A stretch of 64,000 nt of DNA, taken from contig UQNM01000001.1 of the NCBI GenBank assembly GCA_900542395.1, positions 863 to 64,862 of the forward strand, in the 5' to 3' direction. Made by a program: the position numbers and the translations under genes. Under the pieces are notes generated by a model that saw nothing but the letters and a program-made list of their open reading frames with translations, ran no database searches and was not told the origin of the DNA. Positions 1 through 9,863 of the stretch are shown piece by piece. This DNA is from an uncultured Eubacteriales bacterium (lineage in GTDB: Bacteria; Bacillota; Clostridia; Christensenellales; Aristaeellaceae). Numbering within the stretch: position 1 is the stretch's first letter; the number at the start of each line of letters is the position of its first letter.

Positions 1-2
1 TG

Positions 3-893
3 CCGCTGTATCTCTGGAACGCCGTTTACGGCGTGGGCGCGGCGCTTTTGCGCCGTTTCGGCGGGTTTGAGCTGGGCGCGCCGCTTTCGCCCTACACCCT
101 TCTGCTCGCGCCGATCACGGACGGCGAGCACTTCGTCTGGAACCTCGGCGCGTGGTTCATCTTCCCGCTCTTCTGCGCGCAGGTCGCCTATGCGCTGATC
201 CGGCGGCTGTCCCGGCTGTGGCACGAAAACGAGGCCATGACCTTCCTGCTCTGCCTTATTCCCGGCTGCGCGGCGGTGCAGCTCTGCTTCGCGGGGCGGC
301 AGGCCGCCCTCCCCCTCTGGCTGCTGCGCCCGATGATTCTCCTGCCGGGGCTTGCGGGCGGCCAGCTCTATCGCCGCGTGCTGGAAAAGCACGACAACCT
401 GCCCACCGTGCCGTATCTGCTCTGCCTCGTAGTGCTGCGCGTGCTGCTCTCCACCCGGTACGAGAGCCTCGCGTATCTGCTCTCCAACTGCTCGTATTTC
501 GGCTGCGGCGCATTCGGCGTGTATGCGGGCGCGGCGTTGGCGATTGCGTTCTATCTGCGGATTTCCCGCCTGCTCGCGCCGCATATCGTCAAGAGCCGGT
601 TCGCGCTGGCCATCAGCCGAAACACATTCGATATTATGATGCACCACTACATGGGCTTCTTCGCGCTCGATTGCTTCTTCCTCGCGCTCAACGCACTGGG
701 GCTGGGCGCGGCGGATTTCAGTGTCCGCGCTTTCCGCACCGTGGCCAACTACATGTATGCGCCGAGCGGCCGCTCGGAATGGAACGCGCTGTATCTGCTC
801 TGCGGGCTGGCGCTGCCGCTGGGGATTGCCCAATGTCTCGGATGGGCGAAAGCCGCGCTTGGGCGCGCCTTTTTCAGGCGGAGCGCGACGTAA
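3..893 (+). CDS. polytopic membrane protein, possibly the C-terminal part of an acyltransferase-3-like protein; 5' end truncated by the window edge
   Basis: ORF is open to position 1 in frame; highly hydrophobic with multiple predicted TM segments. Confidence 0.4.
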   Translation, partial: PLYLWNAVYGVGAALLRRFGGFELGAPLSPYTLLLAPITDGEHFVWNLGAWFIFPLFCAQVAYALIRRLSRLWHENEAMTFLLCLIPGCAAVQLCFAGRQAALPLWLLRPMILLPGLAGGQLYRRVLEKHDNLPTVPYLLCLVVLRVLLSTRYESLAYLLSNCSYFGCGAFGVYAGAALAIAFYLRISRLLAPHIVKSRFALAISRNTFDIMMHHYMGFFALDCFFLALNALGLGAADFSVRAFRTVANYMYAPSGRSEWNALYLLCGLALPLGIAQCLGWAKAALGRAFFRRSAT

Positions 894-943
894 TCCGCCG
901 CCCCGCTTTATTCCGTTTTTATAGACGTCGTTTGAAAAAAGGA

Positions 944-1110
944 GCTGTCAAGCTCAATCCAGATTTTTCAAGAATCAAACAACTAAGCATTTTCAGAATA
1001 TGGGGCTTTGCCCCATCGCCCCACCAAAGGGCTTTCCGATCGCCCTTTGGAAACCTTCGGGCGAAAACTCCTAGTTTTTCTTGAAATATCTGTTTTATTA
1101 GCTTGACAGC
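944..1110. repeat. Family A MITE-like intergenic repeat, copy 1, bounded by inverted repeats GCTGTCAAGCT ... AGCTTGACAGC
   Basis: ~170 bp element with terminal inverted repeats and an internal GC hairpin (aaagggctttccg/cgccctttgg); homologous copies at 20259-20449 and 25779-25946. Confidence 0.7.
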
Positions 1111-1158
1111 TCTTTCTTTTATGCGCTTACGCGCCTATACGGCGCGTTTCCGTCCGGA

Positions 1159-1962
<804 letters not shown>

Positions 1963-2062
1963 TGGAAAGAAGCCTCCTTCTGTATATTTCCGCACGACCC
2001 GCCTTTTTTCAAAAAGGCAGCAGCCGTGTGATTGGCCGTTTTTGCCTGACCCCCGGCGCGCG

Positions 2063-2899
2063 TCAGCGCAGGTCGATCGGGTCGATGTTGTCCATGTCGT
2101 CAAATTCCTGATTCTCGCCGCACATGCCCCAGATGAAGGTATAGTTGCTCGTGCCCACGCCGGTGTGAATCGACCAGGACGGGGAGATGACGGCCTGCTC
2201 GTTGTGCATCAGCAGGTGGCGGGTCTCGGTCGGCTCGCCCATCATGTGGAAGACGACGTTGTTATCCTTGAGATCGAAGTAGAAATAGACCTCCATGCGG
2301 CGCTCGTGCGTGTGGCAGGGCATGGAATTCCAGTTGCTGCCCGGCGCAAGCTGGGTCATGCCCATGCACAGCTGGCAGCTCTGCATGACCGCCGGATGGA
2401 TGTACTGGTTGATGACGCGCTTGTTGCAGGTTTCCACGCTGCCCAGCGGGCGCTTGTTGGCCTTGTCGATGTCGATCTTGACGGTCGGATAGGTCTTGTG
2501 CGCGGGGCAGGTGTTGATGTAGAACTTGGCCGGGTCGGCGGGATCGTCGCTGGTGAAGCTCAGCGTCTTCGCGCCCATGCCGACATACAGGCCGTCGTAC
2601 TGCTTGAGATCGTACTCAACGCCGTCCACGGCGATCTTGCCCTTGCCGCCGATGTTGATGACGCCCATCTCGCGGCGCTGAAGGAACGTATCGGAGGCCA
2701 GCTCCTTGCAGCCGACCAGCTCCACGCTCTTGCTGACGGGCATCACGCCGCCGGCGATGATGCGGTCAAAGTGGGAATACGTCAAAATCGCGTCGTCCGG
2801 CGCGAACACGGTCTCGATGAGGTATTCGCCGCGCAGGCGCTCTGTCGTATAATGCTTGGCGTCTTCCGAAGCGGAAGGCTGGCGAACGGTAAGCTGCAT
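2063..2899 (-). CDS. kduI: 5-dehydro-4-deoxy-D-glucuronate isomerase (cupin)
   Basis: KduI-like sequence over its full length; start MQLTV at 2899 preceded by AGGAGG. Confidence 0.85.
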   Translation of the reverse strand: MQLTVRQPSASEDAKHYTTERLRGEYLIETVFAPDDAILTYSHFDRIIAGGVMPVSKSVELVGCKELASDTFLQRREMGVINIGGKGKIAVDGVEYDLKQYDGLYVGMGAKTLSFTSDDPADPAKFYINTCPAHKTYPTVKIDIDKANKRPLGSVETCNKRVINQYIHPAVMQSCQLCMGMTQLAPGSNWNSMPCHTHERRMEVYFYFDLKDNNVVFHMMGEPTETRHLLMHNEQAVISPSWSIHTGVGTSNYTFIWGMCGENQEFDDMDNIDPIDLR

Positions 2900-3117
2900 A
2901 GGTATGTCCTCCTTATTGATGGGTTCAAACGTCCCCTTGCTATCAGTATAACACAGCTTCTTTGTAAAAACCATAGCCGACACGCAAAATTGTTTGTTTT
3001 TTTGTTTTCCTATCGTTCACTTTTTACAAGTCGTCCGATGAATTCGCCCTGCATGACGCGCCGCGTTTCCGGTTATCCTAACGGCGTATTCCGCCCGGAA
3101 GGAGGCGCTTTTATTTC

Positions 3118-4584
3118 ATGGAGGACGACCCCATTTCGCTCAGCGGCGATTTATCCGGCGACGTCCGGGTTTTTCGCGACCGCTTCCGCGCGTCGGATAA
3201 CGCGGACGTCATCATCCGCCGCTTCCGCTCCGGCGCGTTTTTTTCCGCGCTGGTGACCATCGACGGCATGACCGACACGCGCGAAATCGACGAAAACATC
3301 CTCAAGCCGTGCATGGCGCTGCCGCACGACGCGGGGGCGGACGTTCCGCCCGAGGCGCGTGTCGGCTACCTGATGGAAAACGCCGTTTCCGTCCTGCCGA
3401 CGGAAACCAAATCGCGCTTTGACGAGCTGATTGCCGACGCGCTCTCCGGCCAGAGCGTGCTGCTCTGCGACGGCTGCGCGTGCGCCTGCGTGATGGATAC
3501 GCGCGGGTTTGAAAAGCGCGCCGTCGGCAGGCCGGAGGCGGAGCAGGTCGTCCTCGGGCCGCACGAGAGTTTCGGCGAATCCATCCGCACGAACATCACG
3601 CTGCTTCGGCGCATCGTGCAGCGCGAGGCGCTGATGACGGAATTCCTCAGCGTCGGCGGCGCGATGAAAACCCGGTGCGCGCTGCTGTATCTGCGCGGCA
3701 CGGCGGACGAGACCATGCTCGCGCGCGTCCGCCGCCGTCTGGCGGCCTGCCAGAGCGACTTCGCGCTGTCGGCGGGCGAAATCGGGCAGATCATCGAGGA
3801 TCACCCCATGGCGCTGATTCCGCAATGCGTCGCCACCGAGCGGCCGGACAGAGCCGCGTCGTTTCTGGCGGAAGGGCAGATTGTCGTGCTGACGGACGGC
3901 TCGCCGCTGGCGCTGGGCGCGCCATCGACCCTCTGGCATCAGCTCCACACGCCGGACGACGCCTCCATGCGCTGGCAGTACGGCACGTTTCTGCGCATCG
4001 TGCGGTTCACCGGCATGCTGATCCATCTGTTTCTGCCGGGGGCATACATCGCCGTTCTTCGGTTTCACACCGAGCTGATTTCGCCGATTCTGCTGGCCAG
4101 CGTCTATGAAACCAGCTCCCGCGTACCCGCGCCGATCTTTCTGGAGGCGCTGCTGATGACGCTGGCGTTCGATCTCGTCAGCGAGGCCGGCCTGCGCGCG
4201 CCGGGCGCGATGGGCAACGCGCTGGGCATCGTCTCCGGCCTGATTCTGGGGCAGAGCGCCGTCGTCGCGGATATCGTCAGCCCGCTGCTGCTGATCGTCG
4301 TCGCGGCCAGCGGGCTGGGCGGCTTCTGCATCCCCAATTACGCGCTGAGCGTGGGCATAAAGATCATTCAGCTTCTGTTTCTGACGGCGGGCGCGCTCGG
4401 CGGCCTGTATCTGATGGCGCTGCTGGGGCTTGCGCTGCTCTGCGCCGCCTGCGCGATGCGCTCCGTCGGTTCGCCGCTGACCGCGCCGCTCACGCCGAGG
4501 CGCCCCGGAAACCCGGATCTGCTGATTCGTTTCCCGCTGTGGCGGCAGAAAGCGAGGGCTTTTTTTGCAGGACGAAAGGATTGA
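3118..4584 (+). CDS. spore germination protein, GerA family A subunit
   Basis: GerAA/KA-like sequence with C-terminal TM region; GGAGG RBS. Confidence 0.8.
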   Translation: MEDDPISLSGDLSGDVRVFRDRFRASDNADVIIRRFRSGAFFSALVTIDGMTDTREIDENILKPCMALPHDAGADVPPEARVGYLMENAVSVLPTETKSRFDELIADALSGQSVLLCDGCACACVMDTRGFEKRAVGRPEAEQVVLGPHESFGESIRTNITLLRRIVQREALMTEFLSVGGAMKTRCALLYLRGTADETMLARVRRRLAACQSDFALSAGEIGQIIEDHPMALIPQCVATERPDRAASFLAEGQIVVLTDGSPLALGAPSTLWHQLHTPDDASMRWQYGTFLRIVRFTGMLIHLFLPGAYIAVLRFHTELISPILLASVYETSSRVPAPIFLEALLMTLAFDLVSEAGLRAPGAMGNALGIVSGLILGQSAVVADIVSPLLLIVVAASGLGGFCIPNYALSVGIKIIQLLFLTAGALGGLYLMALLGLALLCAACAMRSVGSPLTAPLTPRRPGNPDLLIRFPLWRQKARAFFAGRKD

Positions 4585-5590
4585 TCAGCGCGTCCGCGCC
4601 GCTTACCGCGCGCGCGCCTGTGCGGCAGGCATTGCCTGCGGCGCGCAGATTTTTGCCGTCGGCACGGGGCTGCTGCTCCCGCTTGCGCTCAACGCCGCGT
4701 ATTGGGCCGCTGTGCCCGCGCTGCTGCTGGGCGGGGTCATCGGCCTTGCCGCGCCCAAACGGCTCTCCAAAGCGCCGGGAAGCGCCTTCTGCGCGGTGCT
4801 GGCGCTTTCGCTGCTCGTCTGCGGCGCGCTGCTGCTCGGCGCGGGCGCGACGCTCGCCCAGCAGACGCTCCTGCCCAACGGCCATCTGCTGACCTGCCTG
4901 ATGCTGACGCTGGGCTTCTGCCTGCTCGCCGCGCGCCCCGGCGGCACGGGCGTATGCCGCGTGGCCTTCGCGCTCCGGCTGCTTTTGCCCATCGCGCTGG
5001 TCGTGTTCGCGGGGTTCTCGCTCTCTTCCGCCTCGGCGGCGGGGCTTTTTCCGCTCCTCGGCGCAGGCATTCGGCCGCTGCTGCTGGCCGCGCTGCTCGG
5101 CCTTTCCGCCGGTTCGCCCGCGCTGATGCTCTTTCTGCCGCCGCAGGAGCTTGAAACGCCCGCGCCCGTGCCGAAGGCCGGTTTCTTCGCGCTGCGCGTC
5201 GTTCTCGGCGGCCTGTTCGGCGTGCTGACGCTGGCCGCGCTGTCCCTGTGCAACCCCTATGAGCTCCTGCGCGATCAGCACGTTTGGGGCGCGAGGATGA
5301 CGATTCTCTCCAGCGCGCGCCCGCGCGAGGGCCTGGTGCAGGCGCTGCTGACGCTCGCCCAGCTCTTCGCCCTGCTGATCGGCGCGGTTTCCATGCTCTG
5401 CGCCGCCGCGCAGGCGCTCGGGCGCGCCTTTGCCAAGATTCAGCCGCTCAGCCTGTGGCTCTGCGCGCTGGGGGCGCTGGGGCTGCTGCTGGCCGCCGCG
5501 TTTTTCGGCATGGACGTGCTGCTGTGCGTGTCGCCGCTGCTGCTGCTCCCCGAAGGGATTCTGCTCGTTTGGTCGTTTGTGAAGAGGTGA
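4565..5590 (+). CDS. spore germination protein B subunit (GerAB-like permease)
   Basis: Polytopic membrane protein overlapping the gerAA stop codon; operon context. Confidence 0.65.
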   Translation: MQDERIDQRVRAAYRARACAAGIACGAQIFAVGTGLLLPLALNAAYWAAVPALLLGGVIGLAAPKRLSKAPGSAFCAVLALSLLVCGALLLGAGATLAQQTLLPNGHLLTCLMLTLGFCLLAARPGGTGVCRVAFALRLLLPIALVVFAGFSLSSASAAGLFPLLGAGIRPLLLAALLGLSAGSPALMLFLPPQELETPAPVPKAGFFALRVVLGGLFGVLTLAALSLCNPYELLRDQHVWGARMTILSSARPREGLVQALLTLAQLFALLIGAVSMLCAAAQALGRAFAKIQPLSLWLCALGALGLLLAAAFFGMDVLLCVSPLLLLPEGILLVWSFVKR

Positions 5591-5597
5591 CCATCCT

Positions 5598-6770
5598 TTG
5601 AAAAAATTCGGGCTGATGCTGCTCATGCTTCTCCTGCTGCTGAGCGGCTGCACCGGCGGGCAGGAGATCGAAAGCGGGCTGTTCGTCATCGCCATGGCGG
5701 TGGACGCCGCGCCGGAGGGCAACCTGACCGTCACCGTCAAGGCGCTTTCCGGCGCGAAGGACGGCGCATCGGGCGCATCGGGCGCATCGGGCGGCGAGAG
5801 CGCATCCGATTCAGAAGCCGGGCTCGAAAAGACCGAACCGGGCTATATCGTGCTCAGCGCCACCGCGCCGAGCTGCCTGCGCGCGCTAGGGCTGCTGGGC
5901 GCGACCACGCCGCGCACGGTCAATCTCTCCCAGCTTCGGGAGATTGTCGTCAGCCAGACCCTCGCCGAAACGGACGCCACGCTCTCCATCCTCAAGGAGA
6001 TCCGCGCGATTTACCGCGCCAACGGCGAGGCCGTCGTCGTCGTCACGCCGGATCAGGCGGGCGATTTCATCCGCAGACAGCGCGCCGTGCTCGGCCTGCG
6101 CCTGTCCAAATACCTCGAGGTGCTCTTTGAGCACTACGAACAGCTCGACGTCATTCCGCCCAGCCCGAGCCTCTCCGCCGTCATCGCCGCGATGGAATCC
6201 GGCACGGCCGACGCGGCGGCCGTCTATGCCGCCGGGAACGACTTTCAAAACACCCTCCTGCTGCAAAGTGAATCCGACCTCGACCGCCTGCCCGGCCATC
6301 TGCCCCGAACCGCCCCCGCGCCGAACGAATACATGGGCGCGGCGCTGTTTTCCGGCCCGCGCATGACCGGCACGCTCACCGGCAACGAGGTCAGCCTGCT
6401 CTGCCTGATGACGGGCAAGGCCAGCAAGCGCGTTTCCGTCATCGACGGCGCGCAGTATAAAACCCGGCTGCAAACCCGCGTCAAGCGCCGGATCGACCCG
6501 GACGGCACGCTCTTCGTCGCCCTGCGTCTGACGCTCACCCTCTCCGCCGGACAGCAGCAGCGCACCGGGGAGGAAATCGCCGCCTCGCTCGCGCAGGACT
6601 GCGTCCGCGTGCTGCACAAGCTCCAAGCCGCCTCCTGCGACGCGGTCGGCTTTGGCCGGATTCAGATCCGCCGCTATGCCGATATCCCCGCGTGGGAGCG
6701 CTCCGGCTGGGCGGCGCAATACAAGTCCCGCCCCGTCCGCGTGAGCGCGGAGATAAAAATCCTGCAATAG
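5598..6770 (+). CDS. germination protein Ger(x)C family lipoprotein
   Basis: Signal peptide plus lipobox LLSGC; third gene of the ger operon. Confidence 0.75.
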   Translation: MKKFGLMLLMLLLLLSGCTGGQEIESGLFVIAMAVDAAPEGNLTVTVKALSGAKDGASGASGASGGESASDSEAGLEKTEPGYIVLSATAPSCLRALGLLGATTPRTVNLSQLREIVVSQTLAETDATLSILKEIRAIYRANGEAVVVVTPDQAGDFIRRQRAVLGLRLSKYLEVLFEHYEQLDVIPPSPSLSAVIAAMESGTADAAAVYAAGNDFQNTLLLQSESDLDRLPGHLPRTAPAPNEYMGAALFSGPRMTGTLTGNEVSLLCLMTGKASKRVSVIDGAQYKTRLQTRVKRRIDPDGTLFVALRLTLTLSAGQQQRTGEEIAASLAQDCVRVLHKLQAASCDAVGFGRIQIRRYADIPAWERSGWAAQYKSRPVRVSAEIKILQ

Positions 6771-6823
6771 CGCCGGGGCAAACAGGATTTTTCGTTTCGG
6801 CAGAGAAACCTTTCTTCATCATT

Positions 6824-6948
6824 CAGACTGTAGACAAAAAGCTATTCTCTCCCCCCGAAGGGGGAGAATAGCCCTTTCCGCAAATGAAAGAATCGCTGAA
6901 TTTCCTGATTTTGCTATTCAAGTCAAGTTTGCTTATGTCAACAAGCTG
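6824..6948 (+). repeat. Family B repeat, copy 1 (candidate 5' UTR RNA element): CAGACTGTAGACAAAAAGC followed by a 13-bp GC hairpin and two further hairpins
   Basis: Near-identical copy at 55038-55162; both lie 30-60 bp upstream of hydrolase gene starts. Confidence 0.7.
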
Positions 6949-6980
6949 CTTCATCATTTTCCCATACCGAAACAGAAAGC

Positions 6981-8153
6981 GTGAATGCCATGAATTTTTT
7001 GAGCGAAGCCCAATCCCTCGAAGGCGAAATGCGCGCCTTTTTCGAGGATCTCCACCGCCATCCCGAACCTTCCCACTTTGAAAACCGAACCAATCAGCGC
7101 GTTCGCGAGCAGCTCCGCGCGCACCAGATCGACATGCTCTGCCCGAAGGACAACATCACCATCGCCGTCATCCGCGGCGCGAAACCCGGCAAGACCGTCG
7201 GCCTGCGCTTTGACACCGACGCGCTGCAAATGCAGGAGCTTTGCGACGTGCCCTATAAATCCGAAACGGACGGCCTGATGCACGGCTGCGGCCACGACGC
7301 ACACACCACCTGCGGCGTGTTCGTCGCCCGCCTGCTAAAGGCGCACGCCGACGCGCTTTGCGGCACGTATAAAATCATCTTTCAGCCCGCCGAGGAGGGC
7401 GAGCACGGCGCGGACGAGGTGATTGCCACCGGGCTGGTCAGCGATGTGGACGCCTTCTACGGCCTGCACGTCTGGAGCCTGTATCCGACCGGCACGCTGC
7501 ACGCCACGCCCGGCGGCATCTGGGCCGAGCCGGACATGTTCAAGGTTACCATCCACGGCAAGGGCGGCCACGGCGCGACGCCGGAGGTCTGCGTGGACGC
7601 GATCACCGCGGGCGCGGCGGTCGTGCAGTCCCTGCAAACCATCGTCTCCCGCTTCATCTCCCCGATGGACAGCGTGGTGGTCACCGTCGGCTCGTTCCAC
7701 GCGGGCACGCGCTGCAACATCATCGCGCAGGACGCGGTGCTGGAAGGCACGCTGCGCGCGTTTGACGACGACGTGCACCGCCGCCTGCTCGAGCACTTCC
7801 GGCGCATCATCACCGACGTGAGCGCCGCCTACGGCTGCACCGCCGAAATCGAGATCAACGAGGTCGCCGGCGTGGTCGTCAACGACGAGGCGCTCTGCCG
7901 CATCGCCAACGAATGTGCCGCCGAGCTGGTTCCGCCCGACAGGATTCAGCCGCAGCACCCCTGCATGCTCGGCGACGATTTCGCGTCCTACCGCGCCATC
8001 GCCCCGAGCTGCTTCGTGCAGGTCGGCATGCTCGCGCCGGAAAAGGATTGCCGCTACGCGCATCACCACGGCATGTTCAAGGTGGACGAGGACGTTCTGC
8101 CGCTTTGCGCCGCATGGATGGCCGCCATGGCCGCCCGCGCTGCGTCGCGCTGA
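6981..8153 (+). CDS. M20 family amidohydrolase (N-acyl-L-amino acid amidohydrolase / hippuricase type)
   Basis: Metal-binding motifs GCGHD and HGKGGHGA; 390 aa. Confidence 0.85.
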   Translation: MNAMNFLSEAQSLEGEMRAFFEDLHRHPEPSHFENRTNQRVREQLRAHQIDMLCPKDNITIAVIRGAKPGKTVGLRFDTDALQMQELCDVPYKSETDGLMHGCGHDAHTTCGVFVARLLKAHADALCGTYKIIFQPAEEGEHGADEVIATGLVSDVDAFYGLHVWSLYPTGTLHATPGGIWAEPDMFKVTIHGKGGHGATPEVCVDAITAGAAVVQSLQTIVSRFISPMDSVVVTVGSFHAGTRCNIIAQDAVLEGTLRAFDDDVHRRLLEHFRRIITDVSAAYGCTAEIEINEVAGVVVNDEALCRIANECAAELVPPDRIQPQHPCMLGDDFASYRAIAPSCFVQVGMLAPEKDCRYAHHHGMFKVDEDVLPLCAAWMAAMAARAASR

Positions 8154-8154
8154 T

Positions 8155-8176
8155 TTATCCACAGGCTTGTGGAAAA
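8155..8176. promoter_or_regulatory. Inverted pair of DnaA-box-like 9-mers (TTATCCACA ggcttg TGTGGAAAA)
   Basis: Perfect DnaA-box consensus immediately after the M20 stop; also forms a 6-bp hairpin. Confidence 0.5.
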
Positions 8177-8316
8177 TCCGCCCTAATTTTCCCCGTTTGA
8201 CCGCATCGAAATTACGATTTTTTAACGCAAATTGAAAAGGGGTTTTTCATTTCACGGCGAAAGAATACACTAGTCACAGCCGGAAGGCCGCTATTTTGCC
8301 GGGAGGAACGCACCGC

Positions 8317-8610
8317 ATGAATCCGAAACCATCCAAGCGTCAGCGCTTTAAAAACTTCATTCTCCGCCGCAAGCTGAACACGCTGGGGCTGCTCGTCATC
8401 ACCCTGATGAGCGGCCTGATTACCATTGCGTGCGCCGTTCGCGGCTTCTCGCACACCGATATCCTGATCTTCGTCACCGCGCTGCTGGTCATCCTCTGCT
8501 TTGTGCAGAAGGTCAAGCTCAGAAAGAGCTTCCGCACCCTGCCGCACCACTTCAAATCCGCCCAGCGCATCCACAGCCGCGAAAACGACACGGAAACGCC
8601 GGAGGCGTGA
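8317..8610 (+). CDS. small hypothetical membrane protein (97 aa, 2 predicted TM)
   Basis: GGGAGG RBS 7 nt upstream of ATG; hydrophobic core; bracketed by DnaA-box-like palindromes. Confidence 0.5.
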   Translation: MNPKPSKRQRFKNFILRRKLNTLGLLVITLMSGLITIACAVRGFSHTDILIFVTALLVILCFVQKVKLRKSFRTLPHHFKSAQRIHSRENDTETPEA

Positions 8611-8611
8611 T

Positions 8612-8643
8612 TTTTCCACAAAACATCCGGTTTTTGTGGATAA
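8612..8643. promoter_or_regulatory. Imperfect palindrome carrying DnaA-box-like 9-mers (TTTTCCACA ... TGTGGATAA)
   Basis: Sequence match to the DnaA-box consensus; immediately after the stop of the small ORF. Confidence 0.45.
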
Positions 8644-8672
8644 AACCGATTCGTTTCAAAACAACGCACAGT

Positions 8673-8716
8673 AAAACCGCAGCAGCGCCCGGTTCTCCGC
8701 CGGGCGCTGCTGCGGT
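8673..8716. terminator. Bidirectional rho-independent terminator (17-bp GC stem flanked by T-runs on both strands)
   Basis: accgcagcagcgcccgg...ccgggcgctgctgcggt with U-tracts; lies between convergent genes. Confidence 0.75.
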
Positions 8717-9199
8717 TTATCGTCTTTTTGTTCCCTGCCGCTCCAGCGCCAGCAGGCGGATTTTCCTGTCCACGCCCCCGGCGTATCCCGTCAGGCTTCC
8801 GTCTGCGCCGATCACCCGATGGCACGGCACGATGATGGAAATCGGGTTTCGCCCGACCGCGCCGCCGACAGCCCGCGCGCTCGCGCCGTCGCCCAGCAGC
8901 GCGCCGTATGTCGTCGTCTGCCCGTATGGGATTTCGAGCAGGCGCGCCCACACGCGCAGCCGGAACGCCGAGCCGATCAGGTGTAGCGGCGGGGGGAAAT
9001 CCGGCTGTCCGCCCGAAAAGTAGTCGTCCAGCCAGCGCGCCGTCTCGTCAAGAATCGGCGTGCGCTTTTCCTCGCGCGCCTCCGGCAGATTCGCCGCGAA
9101 ATGCCTTGCGCCGTCAAACCAGAGCCCGATCAGCCCCTGCTCGCCGGCGGCGAGCAGAAGGCCGCCGAGGGGCGAGGCGTAACGCTGCATGAAAACCAT
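8717..9199 (-). CDS. ogt: methylated-DNA-protein-cysteine methyltransferase
   Basis: PCHRV active-site motif; 160 aa. Confidence 0.85.
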   Translation of the reverse strand: MVFMQRYASPLGGLLLAAGEQGLIGLWFDGARHFAANLPEAREEKRTPILDETARWLDDYFSGGQPDFPPPLHLIGSAFRLRVWARLLEIPYGQTTTYGALLGDGASARAVGGAVGRNPISIIVPCHRVIGADGSLTGYAGGVDRKIRLLALERQGTKRR

Positions 9200-9218
9200 A
9201 GCTGAACCTCCTGCCCGC

Positions 9219-9863
9219 TCAAATCGCCTTCGGCAGATTCCACCTGAACACTGTCGCCAGGATACGCACCGCCGTGGTGATCATCATTCCCAGCCCGTAG
9301 GCCATGATTTCGCCCACCCCGGCGCGCAGCAGCAGCGCATACCCCAGCGCGCCGAGAATCGCCGCGACGGCATACACGCGCTTTTTGAGCACGAACGGCA
9401 TTTCCCGCAGCAGCACGTCGCGCAGCATGCCGCCGCCGATGGCCGTCGTCGCGCCGAGGAACGTGGTCAGGAACATGTTATCCGCAAACCCGGCCTCCAT
9501 GCCGATGCGCGCGCCGGAGACGGCGAACACGCCCAGCCCGACGGCGTCAAAGACGTTGTTGATCTGCTCGATCATCTTTTCGCGGGCGACATAGCGCTCC
9601 TTGTATACCCGCGCGATGACGAACACGACGAGCGCGCACAGGCAGGCCAGCAGCACATAGTGGAAATTGGTGAACATGCGCGGCGGAAAATAGCCGATGA
9701 GCACGTCGCGCAGCGTGCCGCCGCCCAGCGCGGTGAACACCGCCATCAGCAGCACGCCGAAAATATCCGTTCCCCGATCCACCGCGACCATCGCGCCGGA
9801 CACGGCAAAGGCCGCCGTTCCGACGGCCTCGCAAAAGCTGAAAATTCCGTTGATATCGGTCAT
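9219..9863 (-). CDS. trimeric intracellular cation channel (TRIC/UPF0126) family membrane protein
   Basis: Duplicated Gly-rich TM repeats (GGGxxRD twice). Confidence 0.75.
   Translation of the reverse strand: MTDINGIFSFCEAVGTAAFAVSGAMVAVDRGTDIFGVLLMAVFTALGGGTLRDVLIGYFPPRMFTNFHYVLLACLCALVVFVIARVYKERYVAREKMIEQINNVFDAVGLGVFAVSGARIGMEAGFADNMFLTTFLGATTAIGGGMLRDVLLREMPFVLKKRVYAVAAILGALGYALLLRAGVGEIMAYGLGMMITTAVRILATVFRWNLPKAI

Noticed and set aside
2900-3117. KdgR operator or sigma-G promoter in the kduI/gerAA divergent region
   Set aside because: Only weak partial matches (AAACAAACAATTTTG). Could not support a specific site from sequence alone.
4490-5740. Long antisense ORFs typical of high-GC DNA (e.g. 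4490-5740 -, 1910-3256 +, 9863-11293 +, 26522-28339 -, 28197-29411 -, 57293-60805 - at 1170 aa, 22062-23654 -)
   Set aside because: They lie entirely opposite well-supported genes with clear motifs and RBSs. They show Arg/Ala/Gly/Pro-rich low-complexity translations and no RBS, which is a GC3 artefact of the sense gene.
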